A stretch of 64,000 nucleotides of DNA from Oscillospiraceae bacterium (GCA_015068615.1 SVKE01000001.1:42679-106678), one strand, 5' to 3'; shown: positions 18,559 through 29,010, counted from the stretch's first letter. Numbers and translations: made by a program. The notes: generated by a model not told the origin, from the letters alone.

Positions 18559-19647
18559 TCATGAAAGGAGCGCGCAGGCGGCATCGCAGATGCGCTCTGT
18601 GCCATCGGTGATACCGATACGGCGCGCATTTTCTGCCATGCGGGCTTGCTGCTCCGGGTGTGCAATGATGTCCCGAAGGGCTTTTTCCAGACGGCTGCCG
18701 CAAAGCTCTGCTTCGGGAATGACAAGAGCGGCACCAGCCTTTTCCAGACTTTTTGCATTGTAGGTCTGGTGGTCGTGTGCTACGTTGGGAGACGGAATTA
18801 AAATAGCCGGCTTGCCCAGGGCAGAAAGCTCGCTGACGGTCAGTGCGCCGGCACGCCCAATGACCACATCTGCCGCGGCCAGAACCAGATCCATGCGGTT
18901 GATATACGGCTCAATGCGAATGTTTGTACCCTGATTTTTCACCTGCTGATTGACCTGCTCATAATACCGCTGGCCGGTTCCTAAAAGCAGCTGAAAGCTG
19001 GAGGTGTCCGTTGTGTTAAGCAGCTCGGTGACGGCCGCGTTTAAGCGGTCAGCACCCAGACTGCCGCCAAAGGCAACCACAAAGGGGCGATTGTCCAGCC
19101 CGAGCTGTGCACGGGCTTCCTCGCGGTCTATCTGGAACAGGCTTTTGCGTATGGGGTTGCCTGTCAAAACGCATTTTTCTTCGTAGCCAGGTTTTAAGTG
19201 ACTTTTCGTTTCGGGAAAGCTGATGCAGATTTTATCTGCCTGTGCAGCCGCCAGCTTAACCGTTACGCCGGGAATGACGTTCTGCTCGTGAATCACGACT
19301 GGAATTTTAAGACTGTGCGCCGCAAATACAACCGGCGCACAAACGTAGCCGCCGGTGGCAATCACCACATCGGGCTGAAATTCCTTAATCATTTTTTTTG
19401 CGCGCTTGTAGGCCGTGATACACTGTGCGAGCACAGCAAAATTTTTGAGGGTCAAACGGCGAATCAAGCCACTTACCTCAATATACGAAATGGGAAATCC
19501 GGCCTCGGGCACCAGCCTGCTTTCCATGCCGCGCTCGGTGCCGATGAAAAGAATTTCCGCATGCTTTGTTCGTTTTAGGTGGTCAGCCGCGGCTAAAGCC
19601 GGGTTGACATGTCCGGCGGTGCCACCGCCTGAAAGCAATACCTTCAT
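18559..19647 (-). CDS. murG: undecaprenyldiphospho-muramoylpentapeptide beta-N-acetylglucosaminyltransferase
   Basis: 362 aa. MKVLLSGGGTAGHVNPALA N-terminus and a GT28 C-terminal domain (GRAGALTVSELSALGKPAILIP). Confidence 0.95.
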   Translation of the reverse strand: MKVLLSGGGTAGHVNPALAAADHLKRTKHAEILFIGTERGMESRLVPEAGFPISYIEVSGLIRRLTLKNFAVLAQCITAYKRAKKMIKEFQPDVVIATGGYVCAPVVFAAHSLKIPVVIHEQNVIPGVTVKLAAAQADKICISFPETKSHLKPGYEEKCVLTGNPIRKSLFQIDREEARAQLGLDNRPFVVAFGGSLGADRLNAAVTELLNTTDTSSFQLLLGTGQRYYEQVNQQVKNQGTNIRIEPYINRMDLVLAAADVVIGRAGALTVSELSALGKPAILIPSPNVAHDHQTYNAKSLEKAGAALVIPEAELCGSRLEKALRDIIAHPEQQARMAENARRIGITDGTERICDAACALLS

Positions 19648-19665
19648 ACAATCAAATCCTTTACG

Positions 19666-20814
19666 CTAAATGGTTTGTTTTTTGTATTTAGATACGTTTA
19701 AAATGATGCCCATGGCCGCCATTAAAAACAAAAGTGAGGAGCCGCCGGCGGAGAAGAAGGGTAACGGGATGCCGGTTGTGGGAATGCTGGAGGTGACAAC
19801 GGCAATGTTGAGCACCACCTGCACGCCGACAAGAGCAACAATGCCCGTCACCAAAAGGCTGCCGAAGGTATCCGGAGCGCTGATGGCAATTTTCATACCG
19901 CGCCATAGCAGCAGGGCAAATAAAGCCAGAATGGCAAGAGCCCCTATCAATCCCAGCTCCTCGCAGATAACGGAAAAAATAAAGTCATTCTGCGGCTCGG
20001 AAATGTACATATACTTCTGACGGGAATTGCCAAAGCCCAGGCCGAACAGACCGCCGGAGCCAATGGCGTACAGTGACTGAATAATCTGCCAGCCGGCGCC
20101 CAGTGCATCTGCAAAGGGATCCATAAAGGTGGTCAGTCGCTTCATGCGGTACGGCTCTAAAATGACCATGGCCACACCGGCACAGGCTACGGGAAGTGCC
20201 AACAGAGAAAAATGACGAATTCTTGCTCCGGCCACCAACAGCATAATCACCATGGTAAGGCCAATGATGATACAGATGGAAAAGTGAGGCTCTAAGAGCA
20301 AAAGAACCATGAACATACCCAGCAGAATCAAATAGCGAAACAGAAATTTGAATTCCTTAATTTTGGTTTGTGGCTGTGATAGACTGGCAGCAAAGTAAAT
20401 AATCAGCCCCAGCTTGGCCACCTCGGAGGGCTGAAAGGAAAGACCGCCGATGCCAAGCCAGCGCTTGGATCCGTTGAGCTCTGTGCCGACTACTAAAACA
20501 GCGACCAAAAGGAGCAGGCTGAAAACCAGAATCGGCAATGCCAGCTTTTTATAGCGTCTGTAATCAAAGTTTGCCGTAAAAATCATAGCGATGACGCCGA
20601 GACCCGCCCAGAGCAGCTGCCTTTTAATAAAATACAGACCATCGCCGAAATAATAATAAGCAGACGGGTAGCTGGCAGAAAACACCATTAAAAGACCCAA
20701 GGCCAGCAGTGTAACGACTGTAAGTAAAAAGCCGAAGTCGAAGCCGGTTTTGGATAATCTGGACTTTGTCAGCTGTTTTTTTGTGCCCGCTTGCGGGGCA
20801 GACTGGGCCTTCAC
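19666..20814 (-). CDS. ftsW: SEDS-family peptidoglycan glycosyltransferase FtsW/SpoVE
   Basis: 382 aa with about 10 TM segments. SEDS motifs: SFQPSEVAKL, PQNDFIFSVICEELG, IPLPFFSAGGSS. Confidence 0.9.
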   Translation of the reverse strand: MKAQSAPQAGTKKQLTKSRLSKTGFDFGFLLTVVTLLALGLLMVFSASYPSAYYYFGDGLYFIKRQLLWAGLGVIAMIFTANFDYRRYKKLALPILVFSLLLLVAVLVVGTELNGSKRWLGIGGLSFQPSEVAKLGLIIYFAASLSQPQTKIKEFKFLFRYLILLGMFMVLLLLEPHFSICIIIGLTMVIMLLVAGARIRHFSLLALPVACAGVAMVILEPYRMKRLTTFMDPFADALGAGWQIIQSLYAIGSGGLFGLGFGNSRQKYMYISEPQNDFIFSVICEELGLIGALAILALFALLLWRGMKIAISAPDTFGSLLVTGIVALVGVQVVLNIAVVTSSIPTTGIPLPFFSAGGSSLLFLMAAMGIILNVSKYKKQTI

Positions 20815-20834
20815 CGGTCATCACCGTCCTACGC

Positions 20835-21809
20835 TTAAAATAATTTCATGATGCACACATACCCGATGATACATAAAATCAAGGTTGTGAGAGAGAAAAG
20901 TAACACAATTTTTACTTCGGAATAGCCGCACATTTCAAAATGATGGTGCAGCGGGCTCATTTTAAAGATACGCTTTCCGGTCAACTTGAAGGAGGCGACC
21001 TGCAGAATGACAGACAGGGTTTCTATCAGATAGATGCCGCCTGCAATAATCAAAATTAAGGGCATTTGCAGCACAGAGGCACAAACGGCCACCGCACCGC
21101 CTAAGAACAATGAGCCGGTGTCGCCCATAAAGACCTTGGCAGGGTGCGCGTTAAAGACCAAAAAGGCAAGACAGGCACCGCCTACAGCGGCCATACACAT
21201 ACCGGCAGACATTTGGGAAAAGGCGAGAGCACAAATGGTGAAAAACAGGGACACAATTAACGTGACGCTGGCAGCAAGACCATCAAGTCCGTCCGTTAAA
21301 TTAACGCTGTTCACCACGGAAAGCTGTACCAAAACCGTCAGCGGCACAATCCACAGACCAATATCGACGGGAGCAGACATAAAAGGAATCAGCAGCTCGC
21401 CGTTAAGATAACCCAGATAATTAAGTGACAGGGTGGAACAGATTGCAACAAGGAGCTGTGACAGGAATTTGCTACGAGCCGAAAGCCCCAGATTGCGTTT
21501 CTTGACCACCTTAATAAAGTCATCTACAAAGCCCACAAATCCGTACAGCAGGGCCGTTAGCAACAGAAGCAACAAATCATAGCGCAAAGTCCCTTTTATG
21601 AGCATAACGGCAAGGGGTGCTAAAATCGCAGCGGCAATGATGGCAATGCCCCCCATGGTGGGTGTGCCGCTTTTCACCCGATGCCAGCTGGGGCCCTCCT
21701 CCCGGATGCTTTGGCCGAATTTAAGCCGGCGCAGGAAGGGGATTAAAACGGGCGTGAAAACTAGCCCCAGAATGATGGATATGGCTGCTGTAATCAGTAT
21801 GCTGTTCAC
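20835..21809 (-). CDS. mraY: phospho-N-acetylmuramoyl-pentapeptide transferase
   Basis: 324 aa polytopic membrane protein. Motifs: GTPTMGG, NLTDGLDGLA, VFMGDTGSLFLGG, SPLHHHFE. Confidence 0.95.
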   Translation of the reverse strand: MNSILITAAISIILGLVFTPVLIPFLRRLKFGQSIREEGPSWHRVKSGTPTMGGIAIIAAAILAPLAVMLIKGTLRYDLLLLLLTALLYGFVGFVDDFIKVVKKRNLGLSARSKFLSQLLVAICSTLSLNYLGYLNGELLIPFMSAPVDIGLWIVPLTVLVQLSVVNSVNLTDGLDGLAASVTLIVSLFFTICALAFSQMSAGMCMAAVGGACLAFLVFNAHPAKVFMGDTGSLFLGGAVAVCASVLQMPLILIIAGGIYLIETLSVILQVASFKLTGKRIFKMSPLHHHFEMCGYSEVKIVLLFSLTTLILCIIGYVCIMKLF

Positions 21810-21836
21810 AAGCTCAACTCCTTTGTAGCTATCGGT

Positions 21837-23207
21837 TTATGCCTTCGCATTGGTTAAAAATTCTGTAACGCGCTCCAGGCGCATAGCCCGAGAGGCCTTG
21901 ACCAGGATGATGTCCCCCTCTTGTGTGTAGGTAGAAAGCGCATCGTTGAGCGCATCAATATCAGTAAAGGAAAAAACCGCAGTTTTTGCCATGCCAGCCA
22001 GGAGTGCTCCTTCGGCAATCAGTCGCCCATTTTCGCCCAGTGTGAACAGGGCATCGAGCGAGAGTGCAGCGGCAAGTGTGCCAAGGTCCTTGTGAGCGGC
22101 CGGGGCATGCTCGCCCAGCTCTCGAATATCACCCAGCACAGCAATTTTGCGTCCGCTTTGCGCGGCGAGCACCTTTAAAGCCGCGGCCATGGAGGCCGGT
22201 GCGGCGTTATAGCAATCGTTAATGACGGTCAGGTTGTTCTTGCGAATGAATTCCATGCGCCTATCGCCGGGCGTAAAAGTCGCAAGAGCTGCGGCAGCCT
22301 CCTTGAGCGGTATGCCCAGGACCAGACCGGCGGCACAGGCAAAAAGTGCATTGATTACGTTATGAGTGCCGGGGAAGGAAAGGCGTACAGGCACCTGCTC
22401 ATCGCCATAAGCCAGAGTAAAACTCACGCTGTCCGGCGCGGAGCAAATATCCCTTGCAAGAATATCGCAGCCGGGGGTTGTGCCTACAGAAATCGTGCGT
22501 ACAGGCATTTCACTTCGGTGGGCAGACAGAATTGGGTCGTCCCCGTTTAAAATTACGGTTCCGCCGGGGCGGAGATGGGGAAGGAATTCAGCTTTTGCGC
22601 GATAAATATTTTCCTGTGACCCAAGCATTTCAATATGAGAAAGACCAATGTTGGTCATGATGACAAGGTCGGGTGCAGCGATAGCGGCCAGATGATCAAT
22701 CTCGCCATAGCCGCTCATGCCCATTTCAATCACGGCGGCTCGGTGTGACTCTTCAAGCTGCAAAAGCGTTAAAGGCAGACCGATTTCGTTATTTAAATTG
22801 CCTTGTGTTTTTAAAACGGAAAGCTTGCTAGAAAGCACAGTTGCAGTCATTTCTTTGGCTGTGGTTTTTCCCACGCTGCCGGTAATGCCGATTACAGGCA
22901 GGGTAAAGCTGCGTCGGTAACAGGCAGCCAGATGGCCTAAGGCGATACGGGTGTCCTCTACATAAATCAGCGGTTTTTCGCTCGTTATCTCCCGGCGGGA
23001 CGTGAGGGATGCCGCGCATCCGGCAGCCAGAGCATCCGGGATAAAATCGTGCGCGTCAAACCGTTCTCCTATGAGAGGGATAAAGAGTGCGCCCGGTGTG
23101 ACACGTCTTGTATCGGTGCAAACGCCGGAAACAATGGTTTCCGGATTGCCCGAGATAAGCCTGCCATCTATGGCGGCGGTTATTTCCTTTATGCTCATGG
23201 GTTTCAT
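21837..23207 (-). CDS. murF: UDP-N-acetylmuramoyl-tripeptide--D-alanyl-D-alanine ligase
   Basis: 456 aa. Mur ligase P-loop GITGSVGKTT and a MurF-type N- and C-terminus. Overlaps the murE stop by 4 nt. Confidence 0.9.
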   Translation of the reverse strand: MKPMSIKEITAAIDGRLISGNPETIVSGVCTDTRRVTPGALFIPLIGERFDAHDFIPDALAAGCAASLTSRREITSEKPLIYVEDTRIALGHLAACYRRSFTLPVIGITGSVGKTTAKEMTATVLSSKLSVLKTQGNLNNEIGLPLTLLQLEESHRAAVIEMGMSGYGEIDHLAAIAAPDLVIMTNIGLSHIEMLGSQENIYRAKAEFLPHLRPGGTVILNGDDPILSAHRSEMPVRTISVGTTPGCDILARDICSAPDSVSFTLAYGDEQVPVRLSFPGTHNVINALFACAAGLVLGIPLKEAAAALATFTPGDRRMEFIRKNNLTVINDCYNAAPASMAAALKVLAAQSGRKIAVLGDIRELGEHAPAAHKDLGTLAAALSLDALFTLGENGRLIAEGALLAGMAKTAVFSFTDIDALNDALSTYTQEGDIILVKASRAMRLERVTEFLTNAKA

Positions 23208-24691
23208 ATGGTGTTATCTCCCTTGACAGAGTCTGCTGACGTATTGGCTTTTTCGCGCTCGGCCAAAATCTCCTGAATGACCTCACGTTCATCGAAGTGC
23301 CGCTTTTCCGTACCGATAATCTGATATGTTTCATGCCCCTTGCCGGCTAAAATGATGCAATCGCCGGGCTGTGCTGTTTCTATGGCGTAGGAAATGGCCT
23401 CCCGGCGGTTTTCTATGACAGTATATGCGCAGGCTGTGCGCTTCATGCCTGCCTCTATTTGCTCGATGATAGACATGGGCGCTTCGGTACGCGGATTGTC
23501 TGAGGTGATGATGCAGAAGTCAGAAAGCTGTCCTGCAATTTCGCCCATAATGGGACGTTTGACAGGGTCCCTGTCGCCGCCGCAGCCGAAGAGTGTTACT
23601 ACGCGTCCTGTGGCAAAATCCTTTACGGTTTTAATGATGTTTTCAAGGCCGTCCGGCGTGTGCGCATAGTCGATTAAGATGGTATAGTCGGTACGGGTAT
23701 ACACGGTTTCCGCCCGTCCCTTCACGCCCTTTGCCACCAAAAGAGCATCGGCAATTTTGGCAGGAGGAATGGACAAGGAGATGCAGGCGGCCAAAGCGGC
23801 CAAAGCGTTATATACAGAGAATTTGCCCGGGATTCCCAGACGTGCAGAGAAGGTCTGGCCGTCAGCGGACACATTAAAAATAACGCCGCGGGGAGACACC
23901 TTAATGTCTGTAGCCTGAAAATCTGAGAGAGTGTCAATTGAGTAGGTTATCACAGGGCAGGCGGCCTCTTTTGCAATCCGTTTGCCGGCCTCGTCATCTG
24001 CATTCACCACGCCGGTTTTGCACACGTCAAACAGCATGCGCTTGGCCAGATAGTAGTTTTCCATGGTTTCGTGGAAATCGAGATGATCCTGTGTCAGGTT
24101 GGTAAACACGGCAATATCAAAGGTGATGCCGTATACTCGATGCAGAAAAAGTGAATGCGAGGAAACCTCCATAACAGCATATTCTGCACCTTCGCGCACC
24201 ATTTCGTCAAACAGGGCAAATAGCTCTAGGGATTCCGGCGTGGTGCGCTCTGCCGGCAAGGTGCGGCTGCCGATTTGATTTTCATTTGTGCCGATGAGCC
24301 CCACAACCTTGCCCGAAAATTCGAGAACACTTTTAATGAGCGTTGTCACGGTGGTTTTTCCGTTGGTGCCGGTGACGGCAACCAGCTTCAGCTTTTTTTC
24401 CGGATGATCATAAAAAGCGGCAGATACCTGTGCCAGCGCCTTGCGGGTGTCCTGTGCGTACAGGATGGGCAGACCGACATCCGGCACCTCATCCTGAGCC
24501 AAAATGGCAGCGGCACCGTTTTTGCGGGCGTTTTCTATATAGCTGTGCCCGTCTGTGACATAGCCCTTGATACAAACAAACAGGCTCCCGGGCTTGACGC
24601 GTCTGGAATCATAGGCGATGCCGGTGATTTCTATATCCTGACTGATTGGCCGGAGTAGCGAAACATTCTCCAGTAATTGACTGAGTTTCAT
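23204..24691 (-). CDS. murE: UDP-N-acetylmuramoyl-L-alanyl-D-glutamate--2,6-diaminopimelate (or L-Lys) ligase
   Basis: The ORF track starts at 24745. I prefer the MKLSQLL start at 24691, which has AGGGAG 8 nt upstream. P-loop VTGTNGKTT, and the DNPR motif (ITSDNPRTE) fits a meso-DAP-type MurE. Confidence 0.9.
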   Translation of the reverse strand: MKLSQLLENVSLLRPISQDIEITGIAYDSRRVKPGSLFVCIKGYVTDGHSYIENARKNGAAAILAQDEVPDVGLPILYAQDTRKALAQVSAAFYDHPEKKLKLVAVTGTNGKTTVTTLIKSVLEFSGKVVGLIGTNENQIGSRTLPAERTTPESLELFALFDEMVREGAEYAVMEVSSHSLFLHRVYGITFDIAVFTNLTQDHLDFHETMENYYLAKRMLFDVCKTGVVNADDEAGKRIAKEAACPVITYSIDTLSDFQATDIKVSPRGVIFNVSADGQTFSARLGIPGKFSVYNALAALAACISLSIPPAKIADALLVAKGVKGRAETVYTRTDYTILIDYAHTPDGLENIIKTVKDFATGRVVTLFGCGGDRDPVKRPIMGEIAGQLSDFCIITSDNPRTEAPMSIIEQIEAGMKRTACAYTVIENRREAISYAIETAQPGDCIILAGKGHETYQIIGTEKRHFDEREVIQEILAEREKANTSADSVKGDNTI

Positions 24692-24734
24692 GCTGTGTAT
24701 CTCCCTTCGATAGGTTTTGACGATGGAAGGGTTG

Positions 24735-26951
24735 TTAATCCACATCCAGATAGCGGAATTCTACCTCAATAATAGAGCCCTCATCCACCTGCGCGCCAGC
24801 TTCGGGATACTGTCCGTCGGCAATGGTGAGGTGAGAGGCGTTGCCTGTTGTAGCTGCACCGGAGACAATCAAATTCAGCCGGTGCTCTGCCAGGCGCGAC
24901 TGTACCTCGGACAAAGAAAGGTTTGATACATCCGGCACAGTGACCTTATTTGAGGTGCTGTCCTCTGTGTATAGAATGACTACAGAACCGGCGGCGAGAC
25001 TGGAGCCGGGCTTGGGCATTTGCTCCTTCACGGTTTCGCCGTTTCCTGCGATCCGGTAGTTTAGGTTTTCGTTTGTTAGATTTTTAATGGCATTATCACG
25101 CGAAAGCCCCTTGACATCCGGCACGAAAACATCCAGATTTTGTTTTTCCTCCTCTGTGTACTGAGGCTCTACATCCAGATAACGCAGAGTGTCCTCCAGA
25201 ATTTTACCCACCACGGGTGCGGCGATTGCGCCGCCGTAATACTGGCCGTTTGAGGGCTCATCCAGCACCACCAGGCAGGCAATTTTTGGGTCATTTGCCG
25301 GTGCAAAGGCGATGAAGGAGGAAATGTATTTTCCGTTGCCACGGGGTATTTTTTCTGAGGTACCGGTTTTGCCGGCTACGCGATAGCCCTTGATATAAGC
25401 ATTTTGACCGGTTCCGTTTATGACTGTGTTTTCCAGCATGGCACACATCTGCTCGGAGGTTTTTTGGGAAATGACCTGACGTACTACGGTGGGCTCTGTT
25501 TTTTTCACCACATTGCCGTCAGCGTCCAGCAGCTCTTTTACGAGATAGGGACGCATCAGCTTGCCGCCGTTTGCCACGGCGCCAACGGCCGAAATCAGCT
25601 GCAGGGGCGTCACCTTGGGTCCCTGTCCGAAGGAGGCGGTGGCCAGCTCCACTGTGTTGTAATCGGCGTCTGCGTAGAACACGCCCTTGGCTTCGCCCGG
25701 CAGATCAAATCCGGTGGGTTCTAAAAAGCCGAAGGCCTTATAATATTCTTTAAACTTCTCCTTGCCTACCATGAGTCCCACGTCAATAAAGACGGGGTTG
25801 CAAGAATTTTTTACACCATCTGCAAAGGTCTGGGTACCGTGTCCTTCCCTATGAGAACAGCTGATGTTGTGGTCCTCCACCCTTTTGGAGCCGGAGCAAA
25901 AGAAGGGGGTCTCGGGTGTGATAAGACCCTCTTCCAGTGCCATACAGCCGGTGATGATTTTAAAACAGGAGCCCGGCTCGTAGGAATCCACAACGGCTTT
26001 GTTACGCCACATTTGCTGCAGCGCATTTGAACGTGCGGTGCTGCGCTCCTCGGAATTTGTAATCGATTCAATCAAAGCGGTATCCTCTTCTGAAAGAGCA
26101 AAGGGTGCATTTAAATCGAAATCGGGCTTAACAGCCATAGCGAGAATTTCACCGGTTTGCACATCCGTCACAATGACAGAGGCGCCCTCGCGCACTTTTT
26201 CCTCGTAATAGGCTTTTTCTAAATGCTTCTCGGCAAAATGCTGGATAACCTCATCAATGGTCAAAACCACATTTGTGCCGTTTTCGGGGTTGATATATTT
26301 CTCGTCCTTAAAGGGCATATCGTTATCCAGTGCATTTTTCAGAGCAATAACGCGGCCGGGAGCGCCCTTTAGTTGTTCCTCATATTCTGCCTCAATGCCG
26401 CCCAGTCCCTGGTTGTCATCGCCGACAAAGCCTAAAATATGGGAGGCAAAGTTGCCATAGGGGTAATAACGCTTGGCGTCCTCCTGCAGATATACGCCGG
26501 TTAGCTCCAATTCTCTAACAGCGGTGGCGACATCATCCTCCACCCGCCTTTTAATGGTGACATGATTGGTCTTTTTCTCCAGCATAGCCTTAATGGTATC
26601 TGTCTCCATGTCCAGTACAGCCGCCAGCTTTTCTGCTGTTTCCTGCAGGTCTTTTTTTGCCTTTTGCATTTCGTTCGGATTGGCAGTTACGGTCTGTGCT
26701 GTTGAGCTTTGCGCCAGTTTTTTGTGATTCCTGTCTAAAATGGCGCCTCTCTGGGAGGCCACAAGGTTGTCACGGGTTTGCTGTTCAACAGCCTTTTGCT
26801 GCAATTCGCCACCCTGAATCAGCTGTAAAAAAACAAGCCTTACGCCAAGTAGAAATAAAATAGCGGCAAAGGCTACGAAGGAAAGCAATATTCTGATTCT
26901 GATTTTGCGCTTTGGAACCGTTTTGTTCATTTTTTTACAGGGCTTTCCCAT
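24735..26951 (-). CDS. class B penicillin-binding protein (FtsI/PBP2B/SpoVD type) with two C-terminal PASTA domains
   Basis: 738 aa. N-terminal TM segment and dimerisation domain. Transpeptidase motifs SCFK (SxxK), SCS/SGS and KTGT. Two PASTA-like repeats (VPDVKGLS..., VPDVSNLS...). Confidence 0.9.
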   Translation of the reverse strand: MGKPCKKMNKTVPKRKIRIRILLSFVAFAAILFLLGVRLVFLQLIQGGELQQKAVEQQTRDNLVASQRGAILDRNHKKLAQSSTAQTVTANPNEMQKAKKDLQETAEKLAAVLDMETDTIKAMLEKKTNHVTIKRRVEDDVATAVRELELTGVYLQEDAKRYYPYGNFASHILGFVGDDNQGLGGIEAEYEEQLKGAPGRVIALKNALDNDMPFKDEKYINPENGTNVVLTIDEVIQHFAEKHLEKAYYEEKVREGASVIVTDVQTGEILAMAVKPDFDLNAPFALSEEDTALIESITNSEERSTARSNALQQMWRNKAVVDSYEPGSCFKIITGCMALEEGLITPETPFFCSGSKRVEDHNISCSHREGHGTQTFADGVKNSCNPVFIDVGLMVGKEKFKEYYKAFGFLEPTGFDLPGEAKGVFYADADYNTVELATASFGQGPKVTPLQLISAVGAVANGGKLMRPYLVKELLDADGNVVKKTEPTVVRQVISQKTSEQMCAMLENTVINGTGQNAYIKGYRVAGKTGTSEKIPRGNGKYISSFIAFAPANDPKIACLVVLDEPSNGQYYGGAIAAPVVGKILEDTLRYLDVEPQYTEEEKQNLDVFVPDVKGLSRDNAIKNLTNENLNYRIAGNGETVKEQMPKPGSSLAAGSVVILYTEDSTSNKVTVPDVSNLSLSEVQSRLAEHRLNLIVSGAATTGNASHLTIADGQYPEAGAQVDEGSIIEVEFRYLDVD

Positions 26952-26991
26952 GACTCCTTTATAGATTCATACTAATATGTATAGTGAGTGC

Positions 26992-27501
26992 CTAATCTAA
27001 ATATTCCACCAGACCGGTGAAAAAATCGGCAATCCGGCTGGCAGGGGAGAATTCATTTTTGGCGACATGTTCTACATAGTCTACCTGTTCTAGGTTGATA
27101 TATACGGTCTGGTATTTCTCGACCGGATGCATTCCTAAATCGTTCCGTGCAATTTTTTCAACATGATCAAGATCTAAGGAGCGGTCAATCTCAAACTGCA
27201 GCTTCTCGTTTGTGGCAATAAGAGACCCAAGCTCTGCCTGCTTCTTTTCGATAGCGGCACATTTATCTGTTAACATTACACCGCGGCATAAAATGACAAA
27301 TGCACAGCTCATCACAAAGAGGATTCTAATAATTCCCAGAACGTTTGCCCGTCTTTGGGCAGCGCTCCGGGCCTTTTTGGAGACCTTTATTCTAACATTG
27401 GGCGAAGACTGGGGCAGGGTGTGCGGCGCGGGATGCGCTGCGGTAGAAGAGTATGCCGAATGAATTCTGTTGTCATAGGCTAAATTGCTTCTGTTGTTCA
27501 C
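26992..27501 (-). CDS. ftsL: FtsL-like septum formation initiator
   Basis: 169 aa. Long N-terminal tail, one TM segment, then a coiled-coil (KKQAELGSLIATNEKLQFEIDRS). Canonical position between rsmH and the PBP gene. Confidence 0.7.
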   Translation of the reverse strand: MNNRSNLAYDNRIHSAYSSTAAHPAPHTLPQSSPNVRIKVSKKARSAAQRRANVLGIIRILFVMSCAFVILCRGVMLTDKCAAIEKKQAELGSLIATNEKLQFEIDRSLDLDHVEKIARNDLGMHPVEKYQTVYINLEQVDYVEHVAKNEFSPASRIADFFTGLVEYLD

Positions 27502-27523
27502 CTGCTTTTCACTCCTATCAAAA

Positions 27524-28489
27524 TTATTTTATGGTTGAATCACCTGTTTTTTCAAAAACTCTAAGCTTCGCACTTCGTGCCCGCGGATTTTCGGCAAGCT
27601 CCCGTGCATCCGGCAGAATGGGCTTTTTTGTCACAACTCTGCCAAGACTTTTGATACCGCAAACACAAACGGGGTAATCGACAGGGCAGATGCAGCCCTT
27701 TTCCATCTCGCGGAAGGCAGTCTTTACAATTCTGTCCTCTAATGAGTGGAAGGTGATAACGGCCAGCCGTCCGCCGGGGAGAAGGCAATCGGCAAAATCG
27801 CGAACAGCCTGCTTTAAGCCGCCGAGCTCGTTGTTGACCTCAATGCGAATGGCCTGAAAGGTGCGCTTGGCCGGGTGAGGGCCGTCCTTACGAGCGCTTT
27901 TGGGAACAGCTTTTTTAATAATATCCACCAGCTCACCGGTGGTGCGAATGGGCTTTTGTGTGCGGGCTTCTGCGATGAAGGCGGCAATCCGCTTCGCCCA
28001 GCGTTCCTCGCCGTAGGCGAAAATGATATCGGATAGTTTTTCTTCGCCGTAGGTATTGACCACATCATAAGCACTCAGCGCATCGTTAGGATTCATGCGC
28101 ATATCCAGCGGTGCGTCCTGCATATAGGAAAAACCGCGTTCTGCCTCGTCCAGTTGATGAGAGGAAACACCCAAATCCATTAAGGCTCCGTTGATGCCCT
28201 CTATAGAAAGCTCCTCTAGGGTGCGTTTAATTTCTGAAAAATTCCGATTGATAAGCCTGATGCGGTCACCAAAGGCTGCCAGTCGTTCCCCAGAAACACG
28301 GATGGCAGCGGGGTCGCGGTCAAAGCCAATCAAACGGCCTGTTGTTAAGCGTTTAGCAATTTCTGTGCTGTGTCCTGCGCCGCCTAAAGTGGCGTCTACA
28401 TAGGTGCCGCCTTCTGCAAGCTGCAAGGCCTCTATACAGGGCGCAAGCATTACGGGGATGTGGTGAAAGGAGAGCGGTTGATCCATCAT
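27524..28489 (-). CDS. rsmH: 16S rRNA (cytosine1402-N4)-methyltransferase
   Basis: 321 aa. HIPVM, DATLGGAGHS, DLGVSSHQLD and FHSLEDR motifs. Confidence 0.95.
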   Translation of the reverse strand: MMDQPLSFHHIPVMLAPCIEALQLAEGGTYVDATLGGAGHSTEIAKRLTTGRLIGFDRDPAAIRVSGERLAAFGDRIRLINRNFSEIKRTLEELSIEGINGALMDLGVSSHQLDEAERGFSYMQDAPLDMRMNPNDALSAYDVVNTYGEEKLSDIIFAYGEERWAKRIAAFIAEARTQKPIRTTGELVDIIKKAVPKSARKDGPHPAKRTFQAIRIEVNNELGGLKQAVRDFADCLLPGGRLAVITFHSLEDRIVKTAFREMEKGCICPVDYPVCVCGIKSLGRVVTKKPILPDARELAENPRARSAKLRVFEKTGDSTIK

Positions 28490-28917
28490 AGGCCAAGCAG
28501 CTCCATTTTCTCGGAAAGCTCATCGGGGCTGAACTCATCAAGACCATGGGTGTCCTCCCAAGCTTCCGTATTCCATAGCTCAACGCGGTTTGAAACACCA
28601 ACCACCGTAACATCTTTGCTAAGGCCTGCGTAGGTACGCAGGTTTTGTGGTAGCATGATACGGCCCTGCTTATCCAGCTCACATTCACAGGCGCGGGCAA
28701 AAAAGAAGCGGGCGAACTGGCGGGCGTCCTTTTTGGCAATGGAGACGGAGTCCAGCTTTGCCTTTAAGCGGTCAAATTCCTCTTGCGGAAATACGAAAAG
28801 GCAGTTGTCAAGACCAAGAGTGACAATAAAGGTGTCGCCCAGGTCATCACGAAATTTGGCAGGGACAAAGATTCTGCCCTTTGCATCAACCGTGTGCTGG
28901 TATTCACCGATAAACAT
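28486..28917 (-). CDS. mraZ: division/cell wall cluster transcriptional regulator MraZ
   Basis: 143 aa. MFIGEYQHTVDAKGRIFVPAKFR and a second DxxGR repeat (LDKQGRIMLPQNLR). First gene of the dcw operon. Confidence 0.95.
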   Translation of the reverse strand: MFIGEYQHTVDAKGRIFVPAKFRDDLGDTFIVTLGLDNCLFVFPQEEFDRLKAKLDSVSIAKKDARQFARFFFARACECELDKQGRIMLPQNLRTYAGLSKDVTVVGVSNRVELWNTEAWEDTHGLDEFSPDELSEKMELLGL

Positions 28918-29010
28918 GCCTTTTCACCGCCCCTTCTTTACAATGTATCAAAAACTGTGGTGGTACAAGTGATTATTTTTGAGAAAGGTGCTTTTTTTGT
29001 AAAAATTTCA

